Part shown: positions 7,886 through 19,982 of the stretch, piece by piece
How the letters are laid out: each line of letters starts with the position of its first letter
Position numbering within the stretch: position 1 is the first letter of the stretch
DNA from: Candidatus Saccharimonadales bacterium
GTDB taxonomy: Bacteria > Patescibacteriota > Saccharimonadia > Saccharimonadales > JBGTLD01
Reading direction: 5' to 3'
DNA length: 54,578 nt
Assembly: GCA_041744275.1 (NCBI GenBank)
Contig: JBGTLD010000025.1
Span: forward strand, 1-54,578
Position numbers and translations under genes: made by a program
Notes under the pieces: model-generated
What the model was told of the DNA's origin: nothing
Database searches by the model: none
What the model saw: the letters and a program-made list of their open reading frames with translations, nothing else

Positions 7886-8527
7886 ATGATTGGCAAAGCT
7901 AACTCGTACCCTGCTCGTTTAAAAATTACCTATCAAGAAAAGCATGATCGCTTACGATCATTCTTGAGGCTACTGTGGGCCATCCCAATACTGATCGTTA
8001 TGAGCGCACTGACGTCTTCTGGCGATACATTAATGATTAAAGAGATTGGAAACGAGGCGTCATACTCAGGAGGCGGAATAACAGGTGGTTTGTTTTTTGC
8101 CACACTCTTAATGATTGTGTTTCGTCGAAAGTACCCACAGTGGTGGTTTGATTTTGTACTAGAGCTAAACCGTTTTACGACGAGAGTATGGGCATACGTG
8201 CTCTTACTTACCGACCGCTACCCGTCAACTACTGAAGAGCAGTCCGTCAAACTTGAAATTGATTACCCGAATGTTAAGAAAGATCTGAACGACTTATTGC
8301 CGCTCGTAAAATGGCTGCTTGCAATTCCACACTATTTTGCGCTATTTGTACTGGTGTTGGCGGCTATACTTGCAACTGTCTTAACATGGCTATCAATTAT
8401 TTTTACTGGCAAAGCTCCACGTGGTTTGTTTGATTTTGTTGAAGGGGTGCTGCGATGGGGACTTCGGGTTAATGCGTACGCGTTCTTGCTCGTAACCGAC
8501 AAGTACCCACCATTTAGTCTCAAATAA
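7886..8527 (+). CDS. DUF4389 domain membrane protein
   Basis: Duplicated pattern ..LLWAIPILIV.. / ..WLLAIPHYFALFVL.. and RV(W/N)AY..LLTD(R/K)YP(S/P), ending in YPPFSL. Confidence 0.65.
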   Translation: MIGKANSYPARLKITYQEKHDRLRSFLRLLWAIPILIVMSALTSSGDTLMIKEIGNEASYSGGGITGGLFFATLLMIVFRRKYPQWWFDFVLELNRFTTRVWAYVLLLTDRYPSTTEEQSVKLEIDYPNVKKDLNDLLPLVKWLLAIPHYFALFVLVLAAILATVLTWLSIIFTGKAPRGLFDFVEGVLRWGLRVNAYAFLLVTDKYPPFSLK

Positions 8528-8830
8528 CAAAGCCCGCGCTTCAACGCTGGACTTTATACGATCTGAATATCTTTGTATACATGAGCCACATTAGTGGAAA
8601 TAAACCGTATTTAGTCCTTTCATTCCCAAACAGCTTTACTAATCTATACTGTCTGTTTAATGACTTGCAACAGTTGAGCGCTCATTCCATGTATTATCTT
8701 CCGAGTAAGCACACCATGTCTATAAAATATTTTGTTTACACCTGTGTTCAATAGGTATATAGTCATGGTTTCGTCTGAAGCATCAAGAACATTACCGAAT
8801 TGCTAAATAGTTTTTTTGTGAGGAGACTTT

Positions 8831-9274
8831 ATGGAAAAAGATACTGGGCGATTGCCCCGACCTATTAATGCCGCAATAGAGCAGGTGCAGCGAATCGGTA
8901 GCTCTGTTATGCGTACCATTGCTACACGTGAACTGGCAGAACACTTAATGGAGAGAGATGAAAATCAGCTTATAACTCGAGCTCACGCCAATAGGGAAGT
9001 GGCTGTGCAGTTGGATAATCATGATGTTGTACTACATCAGACAAGAATAATTGCGTTCATCCAGGCTTCAAGTCTTGATCGGCGATTACAGTCAGAAGAT
9101 TCATTGATAGGAGACGAAAAGTTCATGATGTTCCTGGAGACCATGAATGAGTTGCCAGCTGGCGAACGGAATTTTAAATCACTTGGACTTGATGATGATC
9201 AAATAGAGCGCATGAGTATATATCCCATACTTAACCAGTGGTTCATAAAAGGTGATTATGACCCTATTGATTAG
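8831..9274 (+). CDS. hypothetical protein (147 aa)
   Basis: ORF with a GAGGAG RBS 6 nt upstream. No motif recognised. Confidence 0.5.
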   Translation: MEKDTGRLPRPINAAIEQVQRIGSSVMRTIATRELAEHLMERDENQLITRAHANREVAVQLDNHDVVLHQTRIIAFIQASSLDRRLQSEDSLIGDEKFMMFLETMNELPAGERNFKSLGLDDDQIERMSIYPILNQWFIKGDYDPID

Positions 9275-9337
9275 CTTGGTATAAATACGTCATCAAACGT
9301 GACCAAATGTTATCATATCTGTTAAGATATGATGTGT

Positions 9338-9411
9338 GGCGCCTTGGCCGAGAAGTTAGGCAGCAGTCTGCAAAACTGCGTAGACGGGAGCGTTACCCGT
9401 AGGTGCCTCCA
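9338..9411 (+). tRNA. tRNA-Cys(GCA) with non-canonical T-loop, CCA encoded
   Basis: Hand fold: acceptor GGCGCCT/AGGTGCC (one G-U pair), U8, A14 and a 3-4 bp D-stem. Anticodon stem GCAGT/ACTGC with loop CUGCAAA. T-stem ACGGG/CCCGU. Discriminator U73 followed by CCA. The T-loop is AGCGUUA instead of UUCRANY, and the D-loop lacks GG. Confidence 0.6.
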
Positions 9412-9420
9412 TATGACAAC

Positions 9421-9456
9421 AAAAAACCGCTCAATTGCTTGAGCGGTTTTGCTTTT
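9421..9456. terminator. bidirectional intrinsic terminator
   Basis: AAAAAA-CCGCTCAA-ttgc-TTGAGCGG-TTTTGCTTTT, lying between tRNA-Cys (+) and the LPXTG gene (-). Confidence 0.7.
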
Positions 9457-9470
9457 CTGTAAGGATATTT

Positions 9471-10241
9471 CTAGAATATGCTCTTACGTCGGTTTCGCAA
9501 GTAGTGCGTTGCACCAGCAGCGATTGTTGTTGCTGCAGGAATCGCTAGTAATGAACCAGCACCAGTGTTCGGGAGTACCTTTGCTGTTTGTACTGGTCGT
9601 TCTACCTCAACTCGCACTTCACGGTCAACAGGAACTTCCACAGGAACCTCAACTCGCACTTCACGGTCAACAGGAACTTCCACTGTTTCGGTGACAGTTA
9701 CAGTTTCTGTTTCAGTAATCACTTCTTGACACGCAGGGTTTGCGATAACAATCGCGTTCATGCGTCGTCCGTCATAGAATGGTCCGTTAGGGAATGGGTG
9801 GCTTGGATCAGCTCTTTGACCGCCTCGTACCAAGTCAATCTGTAAGAAACATTTGTCATCACTTGTTGGAAGTGCAGTTGTAATGTCATGTGTTGCAAAC
9901 GCTTGGTTTGTTTGGGTCGCACGGTTACCAAAGCTTCTAGTCGTTCCATTAAAGAATTCCTGGTCTTGCAATCGCTCACCTTCGTTGTACATCCAAACAG
10001 CGATACTAACTTCAGCAGGAGCACAATTCACATCACCAGAGATACTAAATCGCCCAGTAACAGTGTTATTAGCTTCATTTATAGTAAAACCACCATAATC
10101 ACCACTTACAGCACATTCATTACGTGTTGATGACGTGTCATTTGGACGTGTGAAATGCTGCGCATTCACTACTGGAGCGTACGCGCTAACTCCTAAGGCT
10201 ATAAACGTGCTCGCTGCGAGAGCTTTAAATGCTATCTTCAT
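9471..10241 (-). CDS. LPXTG-anchored surface protein
   Basis: Signal peptide (..GVSAYAPVVNAQ). C-terminal LPNTG, then a hydrophobic stretch, then RNRRK. Internal VEVPVDREVRVE repeats. Confidence 0.8.
   Translation of the reverse strand: MKIAFKALAASTFIALGVSAYAPVVNAQHFTRPNDTSSTRNECAVSGDYGGFTINEANNTVTGRFSISGDVNCAPAEVSIAVWMYNEGERLQDQEFFNGTTRSFGNRATQTNQAFATHDITTALPTSDDKCFLQIDLVRGGQRADPSHPFPNGPFYDGRRMNAIVIANPACQEVITETETVTVTETVEVPVDREVRVEVPVEVPVDREVRVEVERPVQTAKVLPNTGAGSLLAIPAATTIAAGATHYLRNRRKSIF
9605..9683. repeat. 42-bp tandem repeat (2 copies) inside the LPXTG gene
   Basis: CCTCAACTCGCACTTCACGGTCAACAGGAACTTCCAC occurs at 9605 and again at 9647. Confidence 0.9.
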
Positions 10242-10460
10242 AAAATGGTACTCCTTAAACTCTTAACTTAGATTATTATATCACACAATGTAAATAAACG
10301 CAAGCATATTATTAAACCTATACTAATCGTACTATGGCTTACATTTTCAGTTCTTTCTATGAAGTATCTTACCAATTTTTAAATACGCACACTGAAATAA
10401 AAGTATTGTGCAGGCTTGCATATGTAGATAGAATCAATCTTGTTGTTTAATGTTTATCTT

Positions 10461-10547
10461 GGGCGAGTGGCGGAATTGGTATACGCGGTGGACTTAAAAT
10501 CCGCTGACCTAAAAGTCTTGAGGGTTCGAGTCCCTCCTCGCCCACCA
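10461..10547 (+). tRNA. tRNA-Leu(UAA), long variable arm, CCA encoded
   Basis: GGGCGAG..CTCGCCC acceptor, D-arm GCGGAATTGGTATACGC, anticodon loop CUUAAAA, T-arm GAGGGTTCGAGTCCCTC. Confidence 0.9.
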
Positions 10548-10623
10548 CTAAAGTACTGATGTTTTAAAGTCAATATTTTTGATATACTATACGTATATTG
10601 AATAATAGGAGTAATTACCTCAA

Positions 10624-11184
10624 ATGGAACTTTTTATAATACTTGGAATCGTTGCAGTTGTAGCCATTGGCCTCATCTTTATATACAACAGCTTGGTAAA
10701 GCTCAATGTTCGTGTTGATGAAGCGTGGAGTGATATCACCGTACAGCTTAAGCGCCGTGCAGACCTTATACCGAACTTAGTCAATACAGTGAAGGGCTAC
10801 GCATCACATGAAAGTGGTGTGTTTGAGGAAGTTACAAAAGCTCGTAGCGCAGTTATGAACGCGAATGGAGTCCAAGACACTGCAGACGCAGAGAACATGC
10901 TTACTGGGGCGTTGAAGAGCCTTTTTGCGGTTGCTGAAGCGTATCCTGACCTTAAGGCAAACGAAAACTTCAAAGCACTTCAAGACGAGCTTGTAGACAC
11001 TGAAGACAAAATCCAAGCTGCACGCCGATTCTATAACGGTTCAGCAAGAGACCTCAATATTAAGATTCAAGTTTTTCCAAATAACGTGTTTGCGGGAATG
11101 CTTGGTTTTAAATCTCGTGATTTCTTTGAAGTAGAAGAATCAGAAGCTGCAGCTATCGCCCAGCCTACTGATGTTAAGTTCTAA
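10624..11184 (+). CDS. lemA: LemA family protein
   Basis: N-terminal TM helix followed by [33 protein letters not shown]. Confidence 0.85.
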   Translation: MELFIILGIVAVVAIGLIFIYNSLVKLNVRVDEAWSDITVQLKRRADLIPNLVNTVKGYASHESGVFEEVTKARSAVMNANGVQDTADAENMLTGALKSLFAVAEAYPDLKANENFKALQDELVDTEDKIQAARRFYNGSARDLNIKIQVFPNNVFAGMLGFKSRDFFEVEESEAAAIAQPTDVKF

Positions 11185-11199
11185 GGAGATTATTCTTTA

Positions 11200-12067
11200 A
11201 TGTATCAAGAGATTGCTGCTAATAAGCGGAAGACTGGGTATATGTTGGTTATATTCGTCGCTCTCATAGCGGGTTTAAGCTGGCTACTGAGCCAATACCT
11301 TGGAGAGCCAGTAATCACACCTTTCGTTCTCCTAGGCGCCGGGGCTTACGTACTGATTAGCTACTATGCAGGATCTAAAATGGCGATGGGGTTAAGTGGC
11401 GCAAAAGAGATCCAGAAAAGTGATAACCCTAGATTGTGGCGTATTGTAGAGAATCTCAGTATTACTGAAGGTATGCCAATGCCAAAAGTGTACATTATAG
11501 ATGACCCAGCCCCGAACGCTTTCGCGACAGGTAGAGATCCAAAGCACGCCGTTGTTGGCGTTACGAGTGGCTTGCTAGATATGATGAATGATTCTGAGCT
11601 AGAGGGAGTAATGGCTCACGAAATAGGACATGTAAAAAACTACGATATTAGAGTGTCGTTACTTGCATTTGCGTTGGTCGCAGTAGTGAGTATCCTAGCG
11701 GATATTATGATTCGTGCAACGTGGTTCAGGGGTAGCGACAACAATAACAATAGTGGTGCTTTGTTTATGGTAGCAGGACTGGTGGGTGCGATTCTTGCCC
11801 CTATTGCTGCCGCGTTAATCCAAGCAGCGATTTCTCGGCGAAGAGAGTATTTGGCTGATGCCACTGGAGCTCTGACGACAAGGTACCCTGACGGACTCGC
11901 AAGTGCACTAGAGAAGATAGGTGCGTACGGCTCAACGATGCGCCGTCAAAATGCTTCAACAGCACACTTGTTCTTTGCTAATCCACTGAAAGCTAAGAGT
12001 CTGTCTAATATGTTTAGTACTCATCCTCCTGTGGAGGAGCGAATTAAGCGTCTTCGCAACATGGGGA

Positions 12068-12078
<11 letters not shown>
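11200..12078 (+). CDS. htpX: M48 family zinc metalloprotease HtpX
   Basis: HEIGHVKNYD zinc motif, multiple TM segments and the usual LemA-HtpX pairing. Confidence 0.9.
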
Positions 12079-15033
<2,955 letters not shown>

Positions 15034-15065
15034 GCGTCAAAGATAAATTACCAGACAAACCACAC

Positions 15066-15332
15066 ATAACAAGAGGAATTTATGAACATTACAGTGGTAA
15101 AACCTACGAGCTGTTAAGCATTGTACTTCATAGCGAAACACTCGATTGGTATGTGCACTACAGGCCATTGTACGAAGCGTCGGTTTCCGACTGGATACGT
15201 CCTTATGAGATGTTTTTTGAAGATGTTATCGTGGACGGCTTAACGCGACCGCGATTTCGGATTGTACAAAATATCAGTAGAGGCATTTCTAGTCCTAGCT
15301 CACGAAAGAGCGCTGTAATTGACAATTTTTGA
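15066..15332 (+). CDS. DUF1653-like small protein, start codon unresolved
   Basis: The frame is open from 15006 to the TGA at 15330-15332. It encodes RGIYEHYSGKTYELLSIVLHSETLDWYVHYRPLYEASVSDWIRPYEMFFEDV, a DUF1653-like pattern. There is no ATG/GTG/TTG upstream of the conserved GIY; only ATA (15030, 15066) and ATT (15012) are available. Confidence 0.45.
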   Translation: MTRGIYEHYSGKTYELLSIVLHSETLDWYVHYRPLYEASVSDWIRPYEMFFEDVIVDGLTRPRFRIVQNISRGISSPSSRKSAVIDNF

Positions 15333-15437
15333 TTTTTGATTATGCTTATAAGTATATCGTGCGCTCCATGCGGTGCGTTAAATACAAAGACATAAAATAA
15401 ATATCCACCGCAAGGGTGGGCGCGCACGAAATCAAAA

Positions 15438-15464
15438 GCTACCACTTTTATGGTGGCTTTTGTT
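15438..15464 (+). terminator. intrinsic terminator candidate
   Basis: GCTACCA-cttttа-like loop-TGGTGGC hairpin (one G-U pair) followed by TTTTGTT. Confidence 0.45.
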
Positions 15465-15483
15465 ATACTACCCCATGTTTTAT

Positions 15484-15560
15484 GGGGATATAGCTCAGTT
15501 GATTAGAGCGCCTCGCTGGCAGCGAGGAGGTCCGGGGTTTGAGTCCCCGTATCTCCACCA
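15484..15560 (+). tRNA. tRNA-Ala(GGC), CCA encoded
   Basis: GGGGATA/TATCTCC acceptor with the G3:U70 Ala identity pair, D-arm TAGCTCAGTTGATTAGAGC, anticodon loop CUGGCAG, T-arm CGGGGTTTGAGTCCCCG. Confidence 0.9.
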
Positions 15561-15564
15561 TACT

Positions 15565-15594
15565 AAAAAGATCAGGTACATCCTGGTCTTTTTA
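15565..15594 (+). terminator. intrinsic terminator after tRNA-Ala
   Basis: GATCAGG-tacat-CCTGGTC followed by TTTTT. Confidence 0.65.
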
Positions 15595-15715
15595 GTAGCT
15601 TGCACATCATTGTACATATGAGTCCAAAAGAAGAAATGATCCATGAGCGTGCCGTGGTTTTCCTGATAGTTCCATTTACTGATACAATACCAGTCATGAA
15701 AAGAGGTCTAATTTA

Positions 15716-16591
15716 GTGAAACGAACAATAACGCTGCTAGTTGTTTTTGGGTTAGTGATTTTTGGAGTTAGTGGTGCTGCATATCTTAAGTCTGAACGAG
15801 AAGATCCTCGGAATGTTTTTCAAGCTATGCTTAACAATAACTTACGCACAACGAGTGTTACCCGTTCTGTGTCACAAAACGATGGACAACAGTCGCTTGA
15901 GCAGTATGTGAGATTCCAGCCATCGGGTATGCAAATCGCGTATGCAACGACGATACTGGAGCAACTTGGAGTACAAAGAGCTCGTGTTGTAACCGAGAAT
16001 GTGGGTACTCCATCCACCGATTACGTGCAATATACGTCGATTGAGAGTGACCAAGAAAATGAAGCCGGTGAAACAATAAATTTTGATGAAGTACTAAATA
16101 TGTGGGGTGAGACTGAAGTACAGGATCCGAACGCAACCACAGGTGAGTTGTATAACGAGATAGCGCTCGCAGCAATACCATTTGGTAATCTTTCTGCAAA
16201 TGACAGAAAAGAGTTATTACGATTTATTGAGGACGAATCAGTCTACGTTGTTGATTATTCGGCAGTAAACAAAGTGAACGTAGATGGTCGCCAAGCCTAT
16301 GTATATCCTGTTACTGTACAGCCACAAGCGTATATAGGCCTTTTGCAGCTATATGCGGCTAAAGTGGGGCTTACACAGCTTGAAGGGGTAGACCCAGCAC
16401 TCTACACTCAATCACAGCCACTGCAACTTACGATGTCAATTGATGTATTAACTCAAAGAATAATGAGTATAGCTTACCCAAACGGCAGAGCTGAACAATA
16501 CGGCGGTTACGGCATCCCTGTGTTGCAGCAAATCCCAGAAGAAACAATTCCACTCACTGAGCTACAGTCACGAATTCAATCCTTGCAGTAA
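15716..16591 (+). CDS. membrane-anchored hypothetical protein (291 aa)
   Basis: GTG start with an AGAGG RBS. N-terminal TM helix and an extracytoplasmic body with no recognised motif. Confidence 0.6.
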   Translation: MKRTITLLVVFGLVIFGVSGAAYLKSEREDPRNVFQAMLNNNLRTTSVTRSVSQNDGQQSLEQYVRFQPSGMQIAYATTILEQLGVQRARVVTENVGTPSTDYVQYTSIESDQENEAGETINFDEVLNMWGETEVQDPNATTGELYNEIALAAIPFGNLSANDRKELLRFIEDESVYVVDYSAVNKVNVDGRQAYVYPVTVQPQAYIGLLQLYAAKVGLTQLEGVDPALYTQSQPLQLTMSIDVLTQRIMSIAYPNGRAEQYGGYGIPVLQQIPEETIPLTELQSRIQSLQ

Positions 16592-16607
16592 GTTGTTTTA
16601 TTGAAAT

Positions 16608-17774
16608 GTGATGAAACGAAAAGGCGTGTCGATTATGAAGCCAGATAAAGATGATAATTCTAGCGAAGACAGAAATAGTGACACTCACAGCTCTGAAGAT
16701 CAGAGAGGGCGTACCGAGTTATCTTCAGTGAATGAATCTCATGAACCACGTAATTTCATATCTCGTCTCAAGAAAAGACCAGCAGCCATTACCGCTTTTC
16801 TTGTAGCACTTCTCGCTATTACTGGTTCTGTTATGGCGTACGTAACGTTAATCGTACCAAATCAACCGAATAACGTTATCAGACAGGCGCTCGCAAACAG
16901 TTTCGATGGCGAAGCTTTCGAGCGAGTTAGTTTTGAAGGCGGGTTGACGACAACTTCAAATGATAACCAAACGGGACTGGCTACTACCTTTATTGGTTAT
17001 TCGTCAAAAGATGGAGTTTTTGATTTTTCTAGCTCCACTGACGTTGGTGATTTAACGCTAAGCTTGGACATAAGGCGACCACAAGCACGAGATATTTTTG
17101 CGAGAGTTGGCGGATTGACTGACGCAGATGCGCTTCTTGATGAACTTGGCAGCACTGGGGATTCTCAATCTGCTGTGCTCATTGTTGGATTTATTCAAGC
17201 GTTGAATGATCAATGGCTTGTGTTCGAGGAAAGTCTTATTGATAACATCGGCAACGGTGAGTTACGGATCGGTTTAAGCGATGAAGACAAGAAAATAATC
17301 CAAGATGCGTATCTAGAGCATGAATTTATTGAAGTTGCGAGTCAAGGTGATAACCAAGAGATACACGGAATTGAAAGTATGCAGTATACCGTCTCAATTA
17401 ATAAAGAAAATTTGGTTGCCTTTGCTGACTCTCTTCGCCAACAAAATATCGCTGGACTTGGACAAGTTGACGATCTGCGTGAGATCAATGCCTTTGACTT
17501 TTCAAGTACAAACATACAGTTGTGGGTTTCTAAGGACGATAAATACTTTACGCAGCTTCAATTTGTGTATGAAAAAGAAGATAGACGTTTTGAGGTGCGC
17601 ATTGCGAGTAAAGATATCAATATCGAGCGGCAGGTAGAAATGCCGGAAAATGCTCAATCAGTACTTGATATCCTTGGTGCGCTTGGGCCATTACTTTCTG
17701 GTGGCTCTGGTGATGAGATGATTTTCGAACAAAATACGGGCCAGCAAATGTCTACTAATATGCCGCTTCAATAA
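16608..17774 (+). CDS. membrane-anchored hypothetical protein (388 aa)
   Basis: Charged N-terminus, a single TM helix (AAITAFLVALLAITGSVMAYVTLIV) and a large external domain. Confidence 0.6.
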   Translation: MMKRKGVSIMKPDKDDNSSEDRNSDTHSSEDQRGRTELSSVNESHEPRNFISRLKKRPAAITAFLVALLAITGSVMAYVTLIVPNQPNNVIRQALANSFDGEAFERVSFEGGLTTTSNDNQTGLATTFIGYSSKDGVFDFSSSTDVGDLTLSLDIRRPQARDIFARVGGLTDADALLDELGSTGDSQSAVLIVGFIQALNDQWLVFEESLIDNIGNGELRIGLSDEDKKIIQDAYLEHEFIEVASQGDNQEIHGIESMQYTVSINKENLVAFADSLRQQNIAGLGQVDDLREINAFDFSSTNIQLWVSKDDKYFTQLQFVYEKEDRRFEVRIASKDINIERQVEMPENAQSVLDILGALGPLLSGGSGDEMIFEQNTGQQMSTNMPLQ

Positions 17775-17777
17775 ACT

Positions 17778-19070
17778 ATGAAACAAATTGCACGTACGAT
17801 TATAGTCGCTGTATTGGCATGGCAGGTCCGGCGTTTGCACCGTAAGTATCAGTTTCGGACTATTTGTGTCGTTGGGAGTATTGGTAAAACGAGTACCAAG
17901 CTTTCGATTGCAAAATTACTAGGCTCCAGTATGCGTGTACAGTACCAGGATGGAAACTATAATGATCTTGTAAGTGTGCCGCTTGTTTATTTTGGTCAAC
18001 GCCTCCCAGGTCTCCTAAATCCTTTCGCATGGTTTAAGGCGATTATAAAAAACGAGTTTATTCTCGCAAGAGGATATCCTTATGACGTTGTCGTGCTAGA
18101 AATTGGTACTGACAGGAAGGGTGACATTGCTGCATTCAAAAAGTATGTACATTCAGACATTGCTGTCATAACAGCAATTGCTCCGGAACACATGGAGTAT
18201 TTTGGGACAATTGATGCCGTTGCAAAAGAAGAGTTTGCGGTATCAAATTATGCAGACAAACTTGTGATCAATAATGATCTTGTAGGAGCCCGTTACATTG
18301 ATGAATTTGCTAAAAATTCCAAAGTCACTACATATGGTATTCGTAAGGGTAGTACATATACCCTCAAGGTGAATAAGATTGAAGCTTCTGGCACTGAGTT
18401 TCAATTAACTACTAGTAACAGTAGCTCGGTATCTGGCAAGCACTGGTCTTTTGCAAAATCACAGTTATACTCCCTCACGGCTGCAATGAGTGTTGGTTCT
18501 ATGCTCGGACTAAATATGGAGCAACTACAATCAGGAATTGCACGCATCACTCCAATATCGGGGCGTATGCAGTTGCTTCAAGGCAAAAAACAGACTGTTT
18601 TGATCGATGATACGTATAATGCGAGCCCAGATGCTGTAATTATGGCGTTACAAACGCTTTATGATCACCCTTCATCGCAGAAGATAGCCGTACTTGGAGC
18701 TATGAATGAACTTGGTGATTTTTCGCAAGCAGCACACGAGTCAGTTGGCGATGCTTGCGATCCTCGTTTACTTGCGCTCGTTGTGACGCTTGGGCCAGAT
18801 GCGAACAAGTGGCTTGCCCCTCGAGCGAGGGCTCGGGGATGTACAGTGATATCTGTCGTACATCCTGAGCAAGCAGCGACTGCTGTGCTAGATATTGTTG
18901 AACCAAAAGCAGTCATTCTTGCGAAAGGTTCACAAAATAATGTGTATGCCGAAGAGGTTGTAAAGTTGTTGCTGCACAACAAAGCTGACGCCTCTAAACT
19001 TGTTCGACAAAGTCCTGAGTGGTTGCGCATCAAAGCGAAGAATTTTGCAACAGTGCCACCACAGCAGTAA
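17778..19070 (+). CDS. murF: MurF-like Mur ligase (UDP-MurNAc-tripeptide--D-Ala-D-Ala ligase type), N-terminal domain absent
   Basis: VVGSIGKTSTK P-loop at residue 32, GNYNDLVSVPL, EIGTDRKGDI and DDTYNASPDA, all MurF-type motifs. Confidence 0.7.
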   Translation: MKQIARTIIVAVLAWQVRRLHRKYQFRTICVVGSIGKTSTKLSIAKLLGSSMRVQYQDGNYNDLVSVPLVYFGQRLPGLLNPFAWFKAIIKNEFILARGYPYDVVVLEIGTDRKGDIAAFKKYVHSDIAVITAIAPEHMEYFGTIDAVAKEEFAVSNYADKLVINNDLVGARYIDEFAKNSKVTTYGIRKGSTYTLKVNKIEASGTEFQLTTSNSSSVSGKHWSFAKSQLYSLTAAMSVGSMLGLNMEQLQSGIARITPISGRMQLLQGKKQTVLIDDTYNASPDAVIMALQTLYDHPSSQKIAVLGAMNELGDFSQAAHESVGDACDPRLLALVVTLGPDANKWLAPRARARGCTVISVVHPEQAATAVLDIVEPKAVILAKGSQNNVYAEEVVKLLLHNKADASKLVRQSPEWLRIKAKNFATVPPQQ

Positions 19071-19887
19071 TCTGCGTTTTTTGGCGCGCAGTTTGCTTTT
19101 TAGGAAGTGTCAGCAACGCAATTTTACGGGCAAACGTGAGCCCAGAAATTGCAGTCAGTTCACCTCGTTCAATATATTCTTGTACAAAACGTGTCGGTAG
19201 TAGCGCTGCACCACCAGAATGTAGTACAACCTGGCGAATCAATTCTGGGCTGGTTGACCGAAACGCTACATTGATTTCCACGCCTTGTTCCTTACAGGCA
19301 GCTGCAATGAGCTTAAACGTTGTAGAGTCAGGGTTGTATGTTACAAATTCTGTAATTGAGTAGTTTTTTAGCGACCGAGTTACTGATGTTTCGTGCACTG
19401 GGTTTGCTACAAGCGTAAACGGTTCAGAAAATGCATATTCAATAACCACGGAAGAACTTTCAATCACTGGCGGAAGCGTTACAATTGCAAAATCAAGTTG
19501 CCCAAGCTGAAGCATATGTAATAGACGGGAAGAGTTGTCGACGTGGAGTGTCGTATTTGTCCGAAATTGAGTAGATTGTAATAGCTGCAGCGCAACGCTA
19601 TCTATGGTTCCTATGATAGTTTGTGGCAACTGTTGTGAGCGCGACAGTTTACTTTTCATATTTTCTAAATCAATCCTCATACGTTGCGCAACTTCGTATA
19701 CAAGTTGACCAGCAGCTGTAAGCTGGAGCGGGCGGGCGTTTAGTTCAAAAATCCGTTCGCCTATTTCATTTTCAAGACTTTTTATAGCTACGCTTAGTGC
19801 TGGCTGAGATATATTTGTCACACGTGCAGCTTTTGTAAAGCTCCCATGCTCTACTATGTCTAATAACTTCTTATAACGTTGGTCCAT
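19030..19887 (-). CDS. LysR family transcriptional regulator
   Basis: wHTH segment FTKAARVTNISQPALSVAIKSLENEIGERIFE followed by a substrate-binding domain. Divergent from ino1. Confidence 0.9.
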   Translation of the reverse strand: MDQRYKKLLDIVEHGSFTKAARVTNISQPALSVAIKSLENEIGERIFELNARPLQLTAAGQLVYEVAQRMRIDLENMKSKLSRSQQLPQTIIGTIDSVALQLLQSTQFRTNTTLHVDNSSRLLHMLQLGQLDFAIVTLPPVIESSSVVIEYAFSEPFTLVANPVHETSVTRSLKNYSITEFVTYNPDSTTFKLIAAACKEQGVEINVAFRSTSPELIRQVVLHSGGAALLPTRFVQEYIERGELTAISGLTFARKIALLTLPKKQTARQKTQITAVVALLQNSSL

Positions 19888-19930
19888 AATAAAATATTAT
19901 ACATCAATTAAAACTATATATTTGAGTTAT

Positions 19931-19951
19931 AGCATATAGAAACAGTATGCT
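19931..19951. promoter_or_regulatory. candidate LysR-type operator
   Basis: AGCATA-N9-TATGCT, a T-N11-A style inverted repeat in the lysR/ino1 divergent intergenic region. Confidence 0.35.
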
Positions 19952-19982
19952 TGTATCAGCGAATTAAACAAGGAGACAGGCA

